A stretch of 28,596 nucleotides of DNA, taken from contig NW_021827535.1 of the NCBI RefSeq assembly GCF_006345805.1, positions 1 to 28,596 on the forward strand, given 5' to 3'. This document shows, one piece after another, positions 1-10,168 of this stretch. The notes under the pieces are model-generated. The model ran no database searches. It was not told where the DNA came from and worked only from the letters and a program-made list of their open reading frames with translations. The position numbers were made by a program, and so were the translations under genes. Within the stretch, counting starts at the first letter, position 1. Each line of letters starts with the position of its first letter. The stretch is from Octopus sinensis. Taxonomy: Eukaryota.

Positions 1-122
1 TCTATAAATTGGTTATTCAGGGTATCTAATTTAATAAACAATATTCTTAAGAAAGTAACATTTTTTTTTGTTCCATATACATTGTTCACATAATCATATA
101 AAGAATTTTGTGTCTTCTACAG

Positions 123-194
123 GTGACGAAATGTCTGGAATATTTTGTGTAATATTACTGTTTCTTACCTTATATATAGTCTTACTGTCGCTAG
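123..194 (+). other. Possible exon encoding a signal-peptide-like N-terminus (MSGIFCVILLFLTLYIVLLSLG)
   Basis: Pyrimidine-rich acceptor ttttgtgtcttctacag ends at 122, ATG at 131, then about 20 hydrophobic codons. The donors are weak (CTAG/gtcatc at 195, ATCAG/gtcgat at 214). Confidence 0.2.
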
Positions 195-632
195 GTCATC
201 TTGACTACATCAGGTCGATGAGATTAAACGGACAATATAAAATGATTAGATAATTTCTGTCATCATCTATAACGCTATATCTATTTGACGTTTCGGAATT
301 GTAAATATTTAACTAATCGACATCTATGCACTGTGTCTATCTATCCAGCTAATATCTGAGTTCTGTGTCTATCGATATAGACATTATGTATCTACTCACA
401 GTTCCTGTCTATCCAGGCTCAACATCTACAAACTGTGTCTATCTATGTCAACAATTAGACCGTATGCCTGTTTATCCAGTCAATAAATGAACGATGTGCC
501 AACTTATCTAGTTAACATCTACGCACTGTCTACCTTTCCATTCAATAAGTGCACAATATTTGTCCATGGAATCAACCTCAACGCACTCTGTCTCTTGTAT
601 ACGCTGTGTCCATCTGTACAATTACATTTCCA

Positions 633-730
<98 letters not shown>

Positions 731-731
731 G

Positions 732-821
<90 letters not shown>
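633..821. repeat. (CTAT)n microsatellite
   Basis: Direct reading; it produces the spurious YLSI ORFs. Confidence 0.98.
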
Positions 822-824
<3 letters not shown>

Positions 825-972
825 TCTTCCCTTTTAAGATCCCTCTTGATCGAAAACCTACGCCCCCCCCTTTTTTTTCTTTTGTTTTTTGTTTTTTTCA
901 TCCCCCCAAAGAAAAGCTCTACCTTGTAACTTGTCCCATCTGTGTGCAGCCCTGTGTGGCCAATAAAGAAAC

Positions 973-1205
<233 letters not shown>

Positions 1206-1440
1206 TGGTTGTCTGTCCAATCACTATCTGCACACCATGTCTACACAATCGACATCAACACATTGCGTAGCTACATAGATACGTACCATCTATTCACTAC
1301 GTTCAATCTATACCTAATCACAATTGTATTATCGTGTTGTTACTGTTTATACCCCAGGTCATCTTTGATTGAGTTTAATCTATGATCGAAAGCATTCCAG
1401 CCATGACAATCCCATCCTTTTCCGTATCTTAAACTACATT

Positions 1441-1530
1441 CTCCAAAATTTTTCTTCCATCTTTAAACGACCGACTGTAATGTGAGATTTGGCTGCTATT
1501 TCTTGTAGCTTCAACGACTGTCTTAGAGCA
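1441..1530 (-). repeat. Fragment of an unclassified dispersed repeat
   Basis: The reverse complement agaaatagcagccaaatctc matches agaaatagcagccaaacctc at about 15281-15300 on the + strand. Confidence 0.45.
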
Positions 1531-1667
1531 GCATTTCTCAATTGGGGGTATCAACAACCCTTGGAGGTGCTATATACCCACCGGTATCTCTATCATCTCT
1601 GCTGTCTTAATGCATTTAATAATGGCGACTCTGATAAATTATCATTTTGAGAAAGTTATATTCTATG

Positions 1668-2572
1668 CTGGGTGTTCGGGCAAAATTTGGCAATATTTTA
1701 TGCCTCCTTTTTTTTCAGGAACAATTTGATGTAGTAGGGTAATAAGTTAACGACGTTGAAGTGCATAAAGATCAAAGTTGTAGTTGAAAAAAGTTAGCTG
1801 ACATTGAAGACTGGAAGCCATCTTAATATTGGGAAAAAGTTACTTGTATCATGACGATTCGCGTCGGGTATCAAAATACTGGCATCGTGACTGCAGCTTA
1901 GCGCTCTATGAACACTGTAAATGCTGTAAGACGTGTTATGGACGGCTGCAACGGAGACTACGAAGCCGTGGCCAGCAGGGGAGGGTTGTTGCAGGAAGGA
2001 CATATGAGTAGAGGTAGAATTCGGTTCCTTTCCTACCTCCGGAAAGTGTCAGAAGTGGTTGTCAGAGAATTTCTACGACTCCACTAGCCACAATTTCTGG
2101 TCTCTTAATCCCCCTGATTGTAATTCCATAGAACACTCTGCCTGCAACAGCACTCTGCCTGCAACAGCAAGGCCAGCTGGGGACCAACATCAAAGAAGAG
2201 TTCGAAGATCTTTCCAGGGACACAGTGAGGAACGCATGCGACAGGATCAGGAGTCATCTTGAGGCCGTAGTGGATGCTGAGGGTAACTACTTTGTGTAAA
2301 GTTGACATTCTTTTATTCTTTAAAATGCTTTCATTTCTTAAATAGGATACTGTGCGCACAAACAGGCAAAAAGAGCGCAGCTCCAATAATGGACAGAGTC
2401 AACATCCATTGACAAGTTTACAAGAGCAACGAAAATTTTGGAAGAAAATATATAAATATTGAGTGGAAATCGAACCGGTGAGTGTGTTAAATAAGGCATT
2501 AAGATAATATGACTCCAGATACGACAAAATATTGTTTCTACTTTTCCTATCAAACTTGACCCGAGCATTCTG
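1668..2572 (+). mobile_element. Internally deleted Tc1/mariner element, maT/DD37D-like
   Basis: Degenerate TIRs: ctgggtgttcgggcaaaatttg (1668-1689) vs caaacttgacccgagcattctg (2551-2572, followed by TA), 15/22 match. Decayed transposase pieces: N-terminal ...NTVNAVRRVMDGCNGDYEAVASR; catalytic region TSGKCQKWLSENFYDSTSHNFWSLNPPDCNSIE (WPPNSPDxNPxD motif, 37-residue spacing after restoring one frameshift); C-terminus IKEEFEDLSRDTVRNACDRIRSHLEAVVDAEGNYFV*. Confidence 0.85.
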
Positions 2573-2883
2573 TATGAAACTGTTGTAATACTCTTCCTTG
2601 TGTTTTGTAAGGTGACATGTTGGTGTGGTCATGTTAGATATCTCATGATTTTTATAAATATGAGTCTATCCATACGTCTTCCCCGCCACTAATTCGCCAT
2701 ATTGAGAACTTTTGCACAACTCATTCACATTTAATCGGTGTATCATAATGTCAACATTGTATAAAGCCGGGGTGAATGATAATGCATTTTCTAAAAATTA
2801 TTTTTCGCTTGATATCATAATTTTTGTTTGGCGTTTGTAAACGTTTTTCTTTTTATTCTATGGAAAGTTGTATTTTCAAAAAA

Positions 2884-3270
2884 ATATCGTCTGCCTTAAC
2901 CGGAAGAAGATTAATGAATATATTGAGTTTGGTTTCACCTCTATGACAGCGCAAGATAGAACAGGAAGATTCTAATACATGATTTGATATTTGGTAATGA
3001 ACAATAGAAATTTGACAGGATTGGAGGGTACATCTGAAAAGCATGCGCAGAAACACTGCAAGCATCTTGATCGATGCTTTCAAGTTAAACGGAATTCGTT
3101 ACATTGCATAAGAATTTGATCTTGTTGAAAAAAAAAACAAAAAACAAACCTCTTCTGGAAGCCTACAATAAAGTTTCATACTTGGTTGCAAAAGAAAAGA
3201 AACCTCGTTCAATCGGAGCAAGTCGAACGAACCTGAGTGCGCTGAAGATGCCGCATACCATGTGTCTACG
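2884..3270 (+). mobile_element. Decayed hAT transposase 5' fragment (Buster/Charlie, ZBED5/SCAND3/FAM200-like BED-finger region)
   Basis: Translation from 2913 is NEYIEFGFTSMTAQDRTGRF*YMI*YLVMNN...KH...FQVKR, resembling YIxxGFT...PQCxIC...SN. It is followed by LLEAYNKVSYLVAKEKKPRSIG, resembling ASYxVAxxIAKxKKPHTIGE. Stops and a frameshift are present. Confidence 0.75.
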
Positions 3271-3569
3271 CTTTTGCTTTCTGAATTCAAATCCTGCTTT
3301 GGTTAAATTCGTGTTGGAAGGAAAGGCAAGGAGTGATTGATTCCGTTGTCCTTGTTTAACGACACTGTGGCACTGTACGCCAGAGAAATAAGGATTTGCA
3401 TAAGATTATAGTAACCCAAGTTATAAGTTGTTTAAAGTAAAAAAAAAAAAAATCCTGCAAAACTCCAGATGCAACTCTTTGAATCAACAGATGCTTCAAA
3501 CAATAGCGAATTACTAGTATTCATATGCCATGTTTATAAAAAGTAGAAGATAATAAAGAAAATGAGGAC

Positions 3570-3570
<1 letters not shown>

Positions 3571-3626
<56 letters not shown>

Positions 3627-3657
3627 CAACAACAACAACAACAACAACAGCAACAAC

Positions 3658-3721
<64 letters not shown>

Positions 3722-3737
3722 TAATAATAATAATGAT
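3571..3737. repeat. Compound (AAT)n/(AAC)n microsatellite
   Basis: Direct reading. Confidence 0.97.
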
Positions 3738-4074
3738 AATAGGAACAACAAACGCAACAATAGCAGTAACCACAATCACAGCAACTGGAAAGAGCTTATA
3801 TTTTACGACCAGCTCAGAGCAGTCGAAACAATATATTCAATTTGATCCACTTGCTCTTTGATCTCGATCAGCGAGGATAGCATTTGGTTGGGTCTATTTG
3901 TATGGTTGGATCCCCTGCCATGATTAGCAAGAAATCTTGATCCGCCGCTCTAGTCCGGGTTGAACCACACATCATGTTCTACAATGTAGAACTAAACTTT
4001 AGCATACAAAAGACTTTAAAGCGGTGAATTGATAGAATCGATAGAGCGCCAGGATGTATTTTTTTCGATTCTCG

Positions 4075-4314
4075 GGGTTCTTGTATGCATCTATGAGGGG
4101 AAATGATCGAATCACCATCCGTGAGTTATCAGAGGGTGTGCAGATTAGTTACGGTTCAGTTCAGTCCATCATCACTGAAGATTTGGGTATGAGACGCGAG
4201 TCTGCCAAGTTTGTCCCCAAACTGTTTTCAGCTGACAAAAAAGACACACGGGTTTCAGTTTCACAAGATCTTCTTGATTGTATCGAGAACGATGAAAACC
4301 TTGTGAAAACTTTG
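4075..4314 (+). mobile_element. Mariner transposase internal fragment (second HTH and linker)
   Basis: NDRITIRELSEGVQISYGSVQSIITEDLGMRRESAKFVPKLFSADKKDTRVSVSQDLLDCIENDENLVKTL matches the mariner HTH plus KxVPK (WVPHEL-equivalent) linker and ends just before the expected ITGDETW. Confidence 0.9.
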
Positions 4315-4620
4315 CGTAAGCCTCTGAGCAGGTATCGCCAAGCTTTCGGCTAAATTTGATGCACATTCTCTGCTCAACTTTGTTATAGTCAATGCGACGA
4401 TCACACGCAACACACCTTCCTTCCAAGAACTTTAAACAGCGGATTTGAGCTAGAACGTTAAAACCTAGTGTGCATACACAGCAGAGTTCAAGGTCAATCT
4501 GTCCCGAGCGGTTTCACTCTGTGTGCTTTAGCTTCATTACTATGGCAACTGCATAAAAATTGCCAGAATATTTTGTGTGTTGTAGAAGTCTAATCGATTT
4601 GTTGATGATAAATTTTAACA
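4308..4620 (-). mobile_element. Mariner transposase N-terminus and 5' leader, inverted relative to the adjacent fragment
   Basis: The minus strand from about 4393 reads IDYNKVEQRMCIKFSRKLGDTCSEAYAK, the typical mariner N-terminal EQRxCIKF...G.T..EA motif. The extent of the leader is approximate. Confidence 0.8.
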
Positions 4621-4629
4621 AAAAAAAAA

Positions 4630-4997
4630 GGAGTGGCTGTGTGGTAAGTAGATTGCTTCCCAACCGCATGGTTACAGGTTCATTCCCACTGTGTGACATC
4701 TTAGGTAAGTGCCTTCTACTATAGCCTCGGGCCGACCAAAGCCTTCTGAATGGATTTGGTAAATGGAAACTGAAAGAAGCCCGTCGTATATATATATATT
4801 CGTGCGTCCCTACCATCACTTGACAACCAATCTTGGTGTGTTTACTTCACCGTAACTTAGCGGTTTGGCAAAAATAAACCGATAGAGTAAGTACTAAGCT
4901 TGCAAAGAATAAGTCCTGGGATCGGTTTGTTCGAGTAAAGGCGTTGCTCCAGCATGGCCGCATTCAAATGATTGAAGCGAGTAGAAAAGTAAAAGAG
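4630..4997 (+). mobile_element. tRNA-derived SINE family A, full length
   Basis: A box tggctgtgtgg, B-box-like ggttcattccc, body ...tatagcctcgggccgaccaaagcc..., central (TA)n, 3' half ending gtaaaagag. About 8 related copies occur in the window. Confidence 0.9.
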
Positions 4998-5120
4998 TAT
5001 ATGGACTCCCCAAAGGCGATAAGTACTGGCTTAGATATTATTGAAAAACACAGTCTCAAAACTCTTGTTCATTTTTTTTTTTTGCCTAAATCCGAAACTA
5101 TTAATTAATCCATAGAATAA

Positions 5121-5714
5121 GGCGGCGAGCTGGTAGAAACGTTAGCACGCCGGGCGAAATGCTTAGTGGTATTTCGTCTGCGGTTACGTTCTGAGTTCAA
5201 ATTCCGCCGAGGTCGACTTTGCCTTTCAGGGGTCGATTAAATAAGTACCATTTACGCACTGGGGTCGATATAATCGACTTAATCCGTTTGTCTGTCTGTC
5301 CTTGTTTGTCCTCTCTGTGTTTAGCCCCTTGTGGGTAGTAAAGAAATAGGTATTTCGTCTACCGCTACGTTCTGAGTTCAAATTCCGCCGAGGTCGACTT
5401 TGCCTTTCATCCTTTCGGGGTCGATTAAATAAGTACCAGTTACATACTGGGGTCGATATAATCGACTTACTCCGTTTGTCTCTCCTTGTTTGTCCTCTCT
5501 GTGTTTAGCCCCTTGTGGGTTGTAAAGAAATAGGTATTTCGCCTGTCGCGTCGTTCTGCGTTCAAATTCTGCCGAGGCTGACTTTGTCTTTCATCATTTC
5601 GGAGTCAATAAAATAAGTACTAGTTGAACACTGGGGAAGGGGTGGAGGGGTCGATGTCATCGACTCATCCCCACCTCCCCCAAGCTGCCCTTGTGGCGAA
5701 AATTTGAAATAATT
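5121..5714 (+). mobile_element. SINE family B concatemer: one head plus 3 units of about 182 bp, flanked by a 13-bp TSD
   Basis: Head ggcggcgagctgg at 5121. Units start at ggtatttcg at 5168, 5349 and 5533. TTAATCCATAGAA occurs at 5105-5117 and 5717-5729. The core gtcgactttgcctttcatcctttcggggtcgat..aagtacc resembles the Deu/Nin SINE domain (from memory). Confidence 0.9.
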
Positions 5715-5751
5715 ACTTAATCCATAGAAGCAGTATTAAATCGATTTCAAA

Positions 5752-5898
5752 CGCTTTCAAATTCTGAATCAAGGCCAGCAATTTTGGGGGAGAGGATAAG
5801 TCGATTACACTGACCCCAGTGTTCAACTGATACTTATTTTATCGACTCAAAAAGGATGAAAGGTAAAGTTTATCCCGGGGGCATTTCAACTCAGAACA
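5752..5898 (-). mobile_element. SINE family B partial copy (second tail subtype)
   Basis: The reverse complement gttctgagttgaaat...tttcatcc...gtcgataaaataagta..agttgaacactgggg...ctcccccaaaattgctggcc matches unit 3 of the adjacent array. Confidence 0.8.
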
Positions 5899-5930
5899 TT
5901 AAATTAAATTAAATTAAAATAGCCTTTTTA

Positions 5931-6146
5931 TTTTACTCTTTTACTTGTTTCAGTCATTTTACTGCGGCCATGCTGGAGCACCACCTTTAGTCGAGCAAAT
6001 CGACCCCAGAATTTATTCTTTGTAAGCCTAGTACTTATTCTATTGGTCTGTTTTGTCGAACCGCTAATTTACGGGGACGTAAACACACCAGCATCGGTTG
6101 TCAAGCGATGTTGTGGGGACAAACACAGACACACAAACATATACAC

Positions 6147-6182
<36 letters not shown>

Positions 6183-6198
6183 GCACACACGCACACAA

Positions 6199-6233
<35 letters not shown>

Positions 6234-6308
6234 AAATCCACTCACAAGGCTTTGGTCGGCCCGAAGCTATAGTAAAAGACACTTGCCCAAAGTGTCATGC
6301 AGCCACTC
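5931..6308 (-). mobile_element. SINE family A with internal (CA)n/(TA)n and a deletion in the head
   Basis: Reverse complement of the family A 3' half, then microsatellite, then body; the head is collapsed to gtgtcatgcagccactc. Confidence 0.9.
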
Positions 6309-6349
6309 ATGCGCCTGTTATATACTTTATCTATATACATCATTCACGG

Positions 6350-6920
6350 TCAAGTTACTTCGGTATTCGTCCAGAGATGTGCTGACGAACGCAGTTCGTG
6401 AGATAGTTGTAATCTGTAAACAGTTTTGAGCAGAAACCGGACGAAGAAGGATGAACATGCAATGCGAATGTGCAAACTGAATTCGTAAAACGGAAGAGAA
6501 AAATAACAACGGAATGTTGAAAAGAATAAAAACGCAATGTCAAATAAGTTACATGATGGTCTATATGCCACATCTGACGCCACTATCATGCAGCTTTGCC
6601 GCAGTTTTCTTCTTCATACAATTTTCCTCAGAACTGTCTAATCCGTCTCATTAGCTTCCGCTAAAGAGCCTAGACAACAGGAAGTTGTCTACTGATTTAA
6701 GAAGAGCAACGATAACATTTCGTGTTGCATCTTTTTCACACTGTGCCTAGTTTCTCCAGTACAGTCCAAGCCATAATAATTCTAGTTTCTATATCTTTCT
6801 TTGTAATTTCCGCCACGGAGCCTAAATCCTCAGGAGTTGAGTTCTTGTTAAAAAACCCTAGATCACCGGAAGTTGTGTCCTTGCTTAAGAAGCAGAAACA
6901 AATACGTTAGGTTTTTGCAG
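6350..6920 (-). mobile_element. Possible highly decayed RTE-clade LINE, RT C-terminal region
   Basis: Motif-like pieces occur in the expected order: AKT...EDLGSVAEITKKDIETRIIMAWTVLEKLGTV* (cf. KT...KYLGS...KDIxxRIxxAW...KLxxIW), WHIDHHVT (cf. WxDHVTN), TFALH (cf. RFAGH), GRIP (cf. GRP). Many frameshifts. Confidence 0.4.
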
Positions 6921-7284
6921 TATAATACAGCATACGTCATATTGAAATAAGTGACATTGTGTATACAGAATTTTGTAAACGAGATAACGAACTTATTGTT
7001 GCGACACATTCATTCTCTCACAAGAGATTTAGCGCTAACGAAAGGAAACTGCACTTAATTTAGTGCAACGTGTTGCAACTTGAACCTGGCAATAATTGTT
7101 GTGAAGAAAACGAAGATGCAGATAAATGTTCTCCCAGGCTGTTACAATATGCATCTCTAAGTTGCAATGATGTCAGAAGGTCATAGTGTTATACACACTT
7201 CAATTTGCTTCTTAACACACAGATGTTTGCAACTATATGCACGATGGGAAATATGAGCGGTCAATGCAGATTATTATATGGTAA

Positions 7285-9815
7285 TGGATGGTGGTGGTGG
7301 TGGTGGTAATTATGAAAAGGTAGAAGTAGTAGTTGTAGTGTTAGTGGTGTTAATGGTAACAGTAATGGAGATAATAGTGGAACCAGGGTTGGTAATAATA
7401 ATTGTAATGTTGTAATGGTTGTGGAGTTAGAGGAGGTGGAGTTGTGGTGGTGGAGTTGTGGTGGTGGAGTTGTGGTGGTGGAGTTGTGGTGGTGGAGTTG
7501 TGGTGGTGGAGTTGTGGTGGTGGAGGGGATTGTGGTGGTGGTGGTAAAAGGTGTTGTGATGGTGGAGGATGTTGTGGTGGTGTTGAGGGTTGTGATGGTG
7601 GAGCTGTGGTGAAGGCGTGGTGGTGGAGGGGTTTGTAGTGGTGGAAGGGTTTCTGGCGGTGGACGGGGTTTTGGTGGTGATGGATGGGGTTGTGGTGGTG
7701 TAAGGAGTCGGATTGTGGTGATGGAAGGGGCTCGTGGCGGTGGCGGGTGTAGGGAGAGAGCTGTGATGGAGAGAGCTGTGGCGGTGGAGAGGGTTGTGGA
7801 GGAGGGGGCTTGGTTATCCAGAGGGTTGGGGGATGATCGCGGCGGAGCCAATGTTAGTAATAGCTATTGCAATTTTCTGTGATGGTGTCAGTGGTGACAC
7901 GGGATGTAGTGGGAGTGGTGGTGACGATTATGTTGTTGGTTGTGGTGGCGGTTGTAGTGTACAAGGCAGTGATTGTAGTGGTGATTGTCATGGTGGATAG
8001 TGAAGGTGATTGTTATGAGTGTGCTGGTAGACGTGTTGATGATTGTGACGATGGTTTGGGTGGTGGTTGTTGTAGCGCTTTTGGTGGTAATTGTGGTGGT
8101 GTTTTCAGTGGTAATGGTAGTGGTATTTCTGGTGGCAGTTGGAGTTGGGTGACCTTTGTAGTGGTTGTGCAGCTGGTTGTGGTGGTAATGCTGATGGAAA
8201 TATCGTTGCGTAGAGGGGTGGTGTGGTGGCAGTTGTGGTAGAAGTGGTTGTGGTAGGGATTTTGGTGGTGGTGGTGATTGTGGTAGTGGTAGTAGTTGTG
8301 ATGGTAGTGGTAGTTGTGGTGGTGGTGGTAGTTGTATTGGTAGTTGTGGTGGTAATGGGGGTTGTGATGGTGGTGGTTGAGGTGGTGGAGGTGGAGGTAG
8401 TTGAGGTGGTGGTGGTAGTTGTAGTGGTAGTTGTGGTGGTAATGGGGGTTGTGATGGTGGTGGTTGAGGTGGTGGTGGTAGTTGTGGTGGTAGTGGTGGT
8501 TGTGGTGGTGGTTGAGGTGGTGGTTGAGGTGGTGGTTGAGATGGTGGTGGTTGAGGTGGTGGTGGTTGAGGTGGTGGTGGTTGAGGTGGTGGTGGTTGAG
8601 GTGGTGGTGGTTGAGGTGGTGGCGGTTGAGGTGGTGGTGGTAGTGGTGGTGGTGGTTGAGGTGGTGGTTGTGGTGGTAGTTGTGGTGAGGGTGGTTATGT
8701 TTGAGGTAGTTGCGGTGATGATAGTTGTGGTAATAGAGGTTGTGGTGATGGTTGTGGTGGTGGGATGGTTGTGGCTGTGGTGGTGGTTGTGGTGGTAATG
8801 ACTGTGGTGGTGATGGTTGTGGTGGTGGTGATTGTAGTGGTGCTGACTGTAGTCGTAGATGCCAATGGTAAATCAGGTAGCGGTGGTTCTACAAATATGG
8901 TAATTGTGGTGGTGTTTTCAGTGGTAATGGTAGTGGTATTTCTGGTGGCAGTTGGAGTTGGGTGACCTTTGTAGTGGTTGTGCAGCTCGTTGTGGTGGTA
9001 ATGCTGATGGAAATATCGTTGTGTAGAGGGGTTGGGGTGGTGGCAGTTGTGGTAGAAGTGGTTGTGGTAGGGATTTTGGTGGTGGTGGTGATTGTGGTGG
9101 TGGTAGTAGTTGTGATGGTAGTGGTAGTTGTGGTGGTGGTAGTAGTTGTGATGATAGTGGTAGTTGTGGTGGTGGTTGAGGTGGTGGTTGAGGTGGAGGT
9201 GGTTGAGGTGGGTGTAGTGGTGGTTGTAGTGGTAGTAATGGGGGTTGTGATGGTGGTGGTTGAGGTGGTGGTGGTAGTTGTGGTGGTAGTGGTGGTTGTG
9301 GTGGTGGTTGAGGTGGTGGTTGAAGTGGTGGTTGAGGTGGTGGTTGAGGTGGTGGTGGTTGAGGTGGTGGTGGTTGAGGTGGTGGTGGTTGAGGTGGTGT
9401 TGGTTGAGGTGGTGGCGGTTGAGGTGGTGGTGGTAGTGGTGGTGGTGGTTGAGGTGGTTGTTGTGGTGGTAGTTGTGGTGGTAGTGGTGGTTGTGGTGGT
9501 GGTTGAGGTGGTGGCGGTTGAGGTGGTGGTTGTGGTGGTAATGGGGGTTGTGATGGTGGTGGTTGAGGTGGTGGTTGAGATGGTGGTGGTTGAGGTGGTG
9601 GTTGTGGTGGTAATGACTGTGGTGGTGATGGTTGTGGTGGTGGTGATTGTAGTGGTGCTGACTGTAGTCGTAGATGCCAATGGTAAATCAGGTAGCGGTG
9701 GTTCTACAAATAATGGTTATTGTGGTGGGATGGCATCAGTGATAGCGTAGGATAGAGATATGATACCTGGTAATGGCAATGGTAATGATAGTGCTGGTGT
9801 TGGGGATGGCAATGT
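7285..9815. repeat. Degenerate (GTG/CAC)n low-complexity block containing a tandem duplication of about 813 bp
   Basis: Unique anchors gtaattgtggtggtgttttcagtggtaatgg... at 8086 and 8899, and ...gactgtagtcgtagatgccaatggtaaatcaggtagcggtggttctacaaata ending at about 8897 and 9712. Confidence 0.92.
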
Positions 9816-10168
9816 GATGGTGTGACCCTGTTGCATGGTCGATCGTCGATGACTAAACTGGCAACCCCACTAAACTTGCCGTGATTTGGATACCATTTGG
9901 GATGAAAAACAAAACCTGTCAAAGGGCGGAGGAACTCGTAAGCATCAAAGGTCCTCAAGTATATAGTGTGTATAAGGGGAAGGGAAATCCAAAAAATGAT
10001 TAAAAAGTTTAATAAAAAAGGTTGATGGGAAAGAATTAGTACCTGTATCAAGAACTCTGATTGGCCTCCGCAGGTAGCTGCAGAGGTCGTGTGGGAAAAA
10101 AACTTGTTTGAGGTAATAAAGTCCTTCCCTGGGGACACATTTCTCTTTTTGCCGAAAAGTCTCGACCT

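Noticed and set aside
4630-4700. tRNA gene calls for SINE heads (all families)
   Set aside because: A/B boxes are present but there is no complete cloverleaf, and each continues into a SINE body.
6743-6883. Possible minus-strand host exon (ctaac branch-like site, pyrimidine tract, taag acceptor)
   Set aside because: The peptide fits the LGS...RI..AW motif order of a decayed RTE RT better, and the donor is weak; not fully excluded.
8223-9750. Poly-Val ORFs on +, resembling membrane proteins
   Set aside because: Antisense reading of the ACC-rich block; a compositional artefact.
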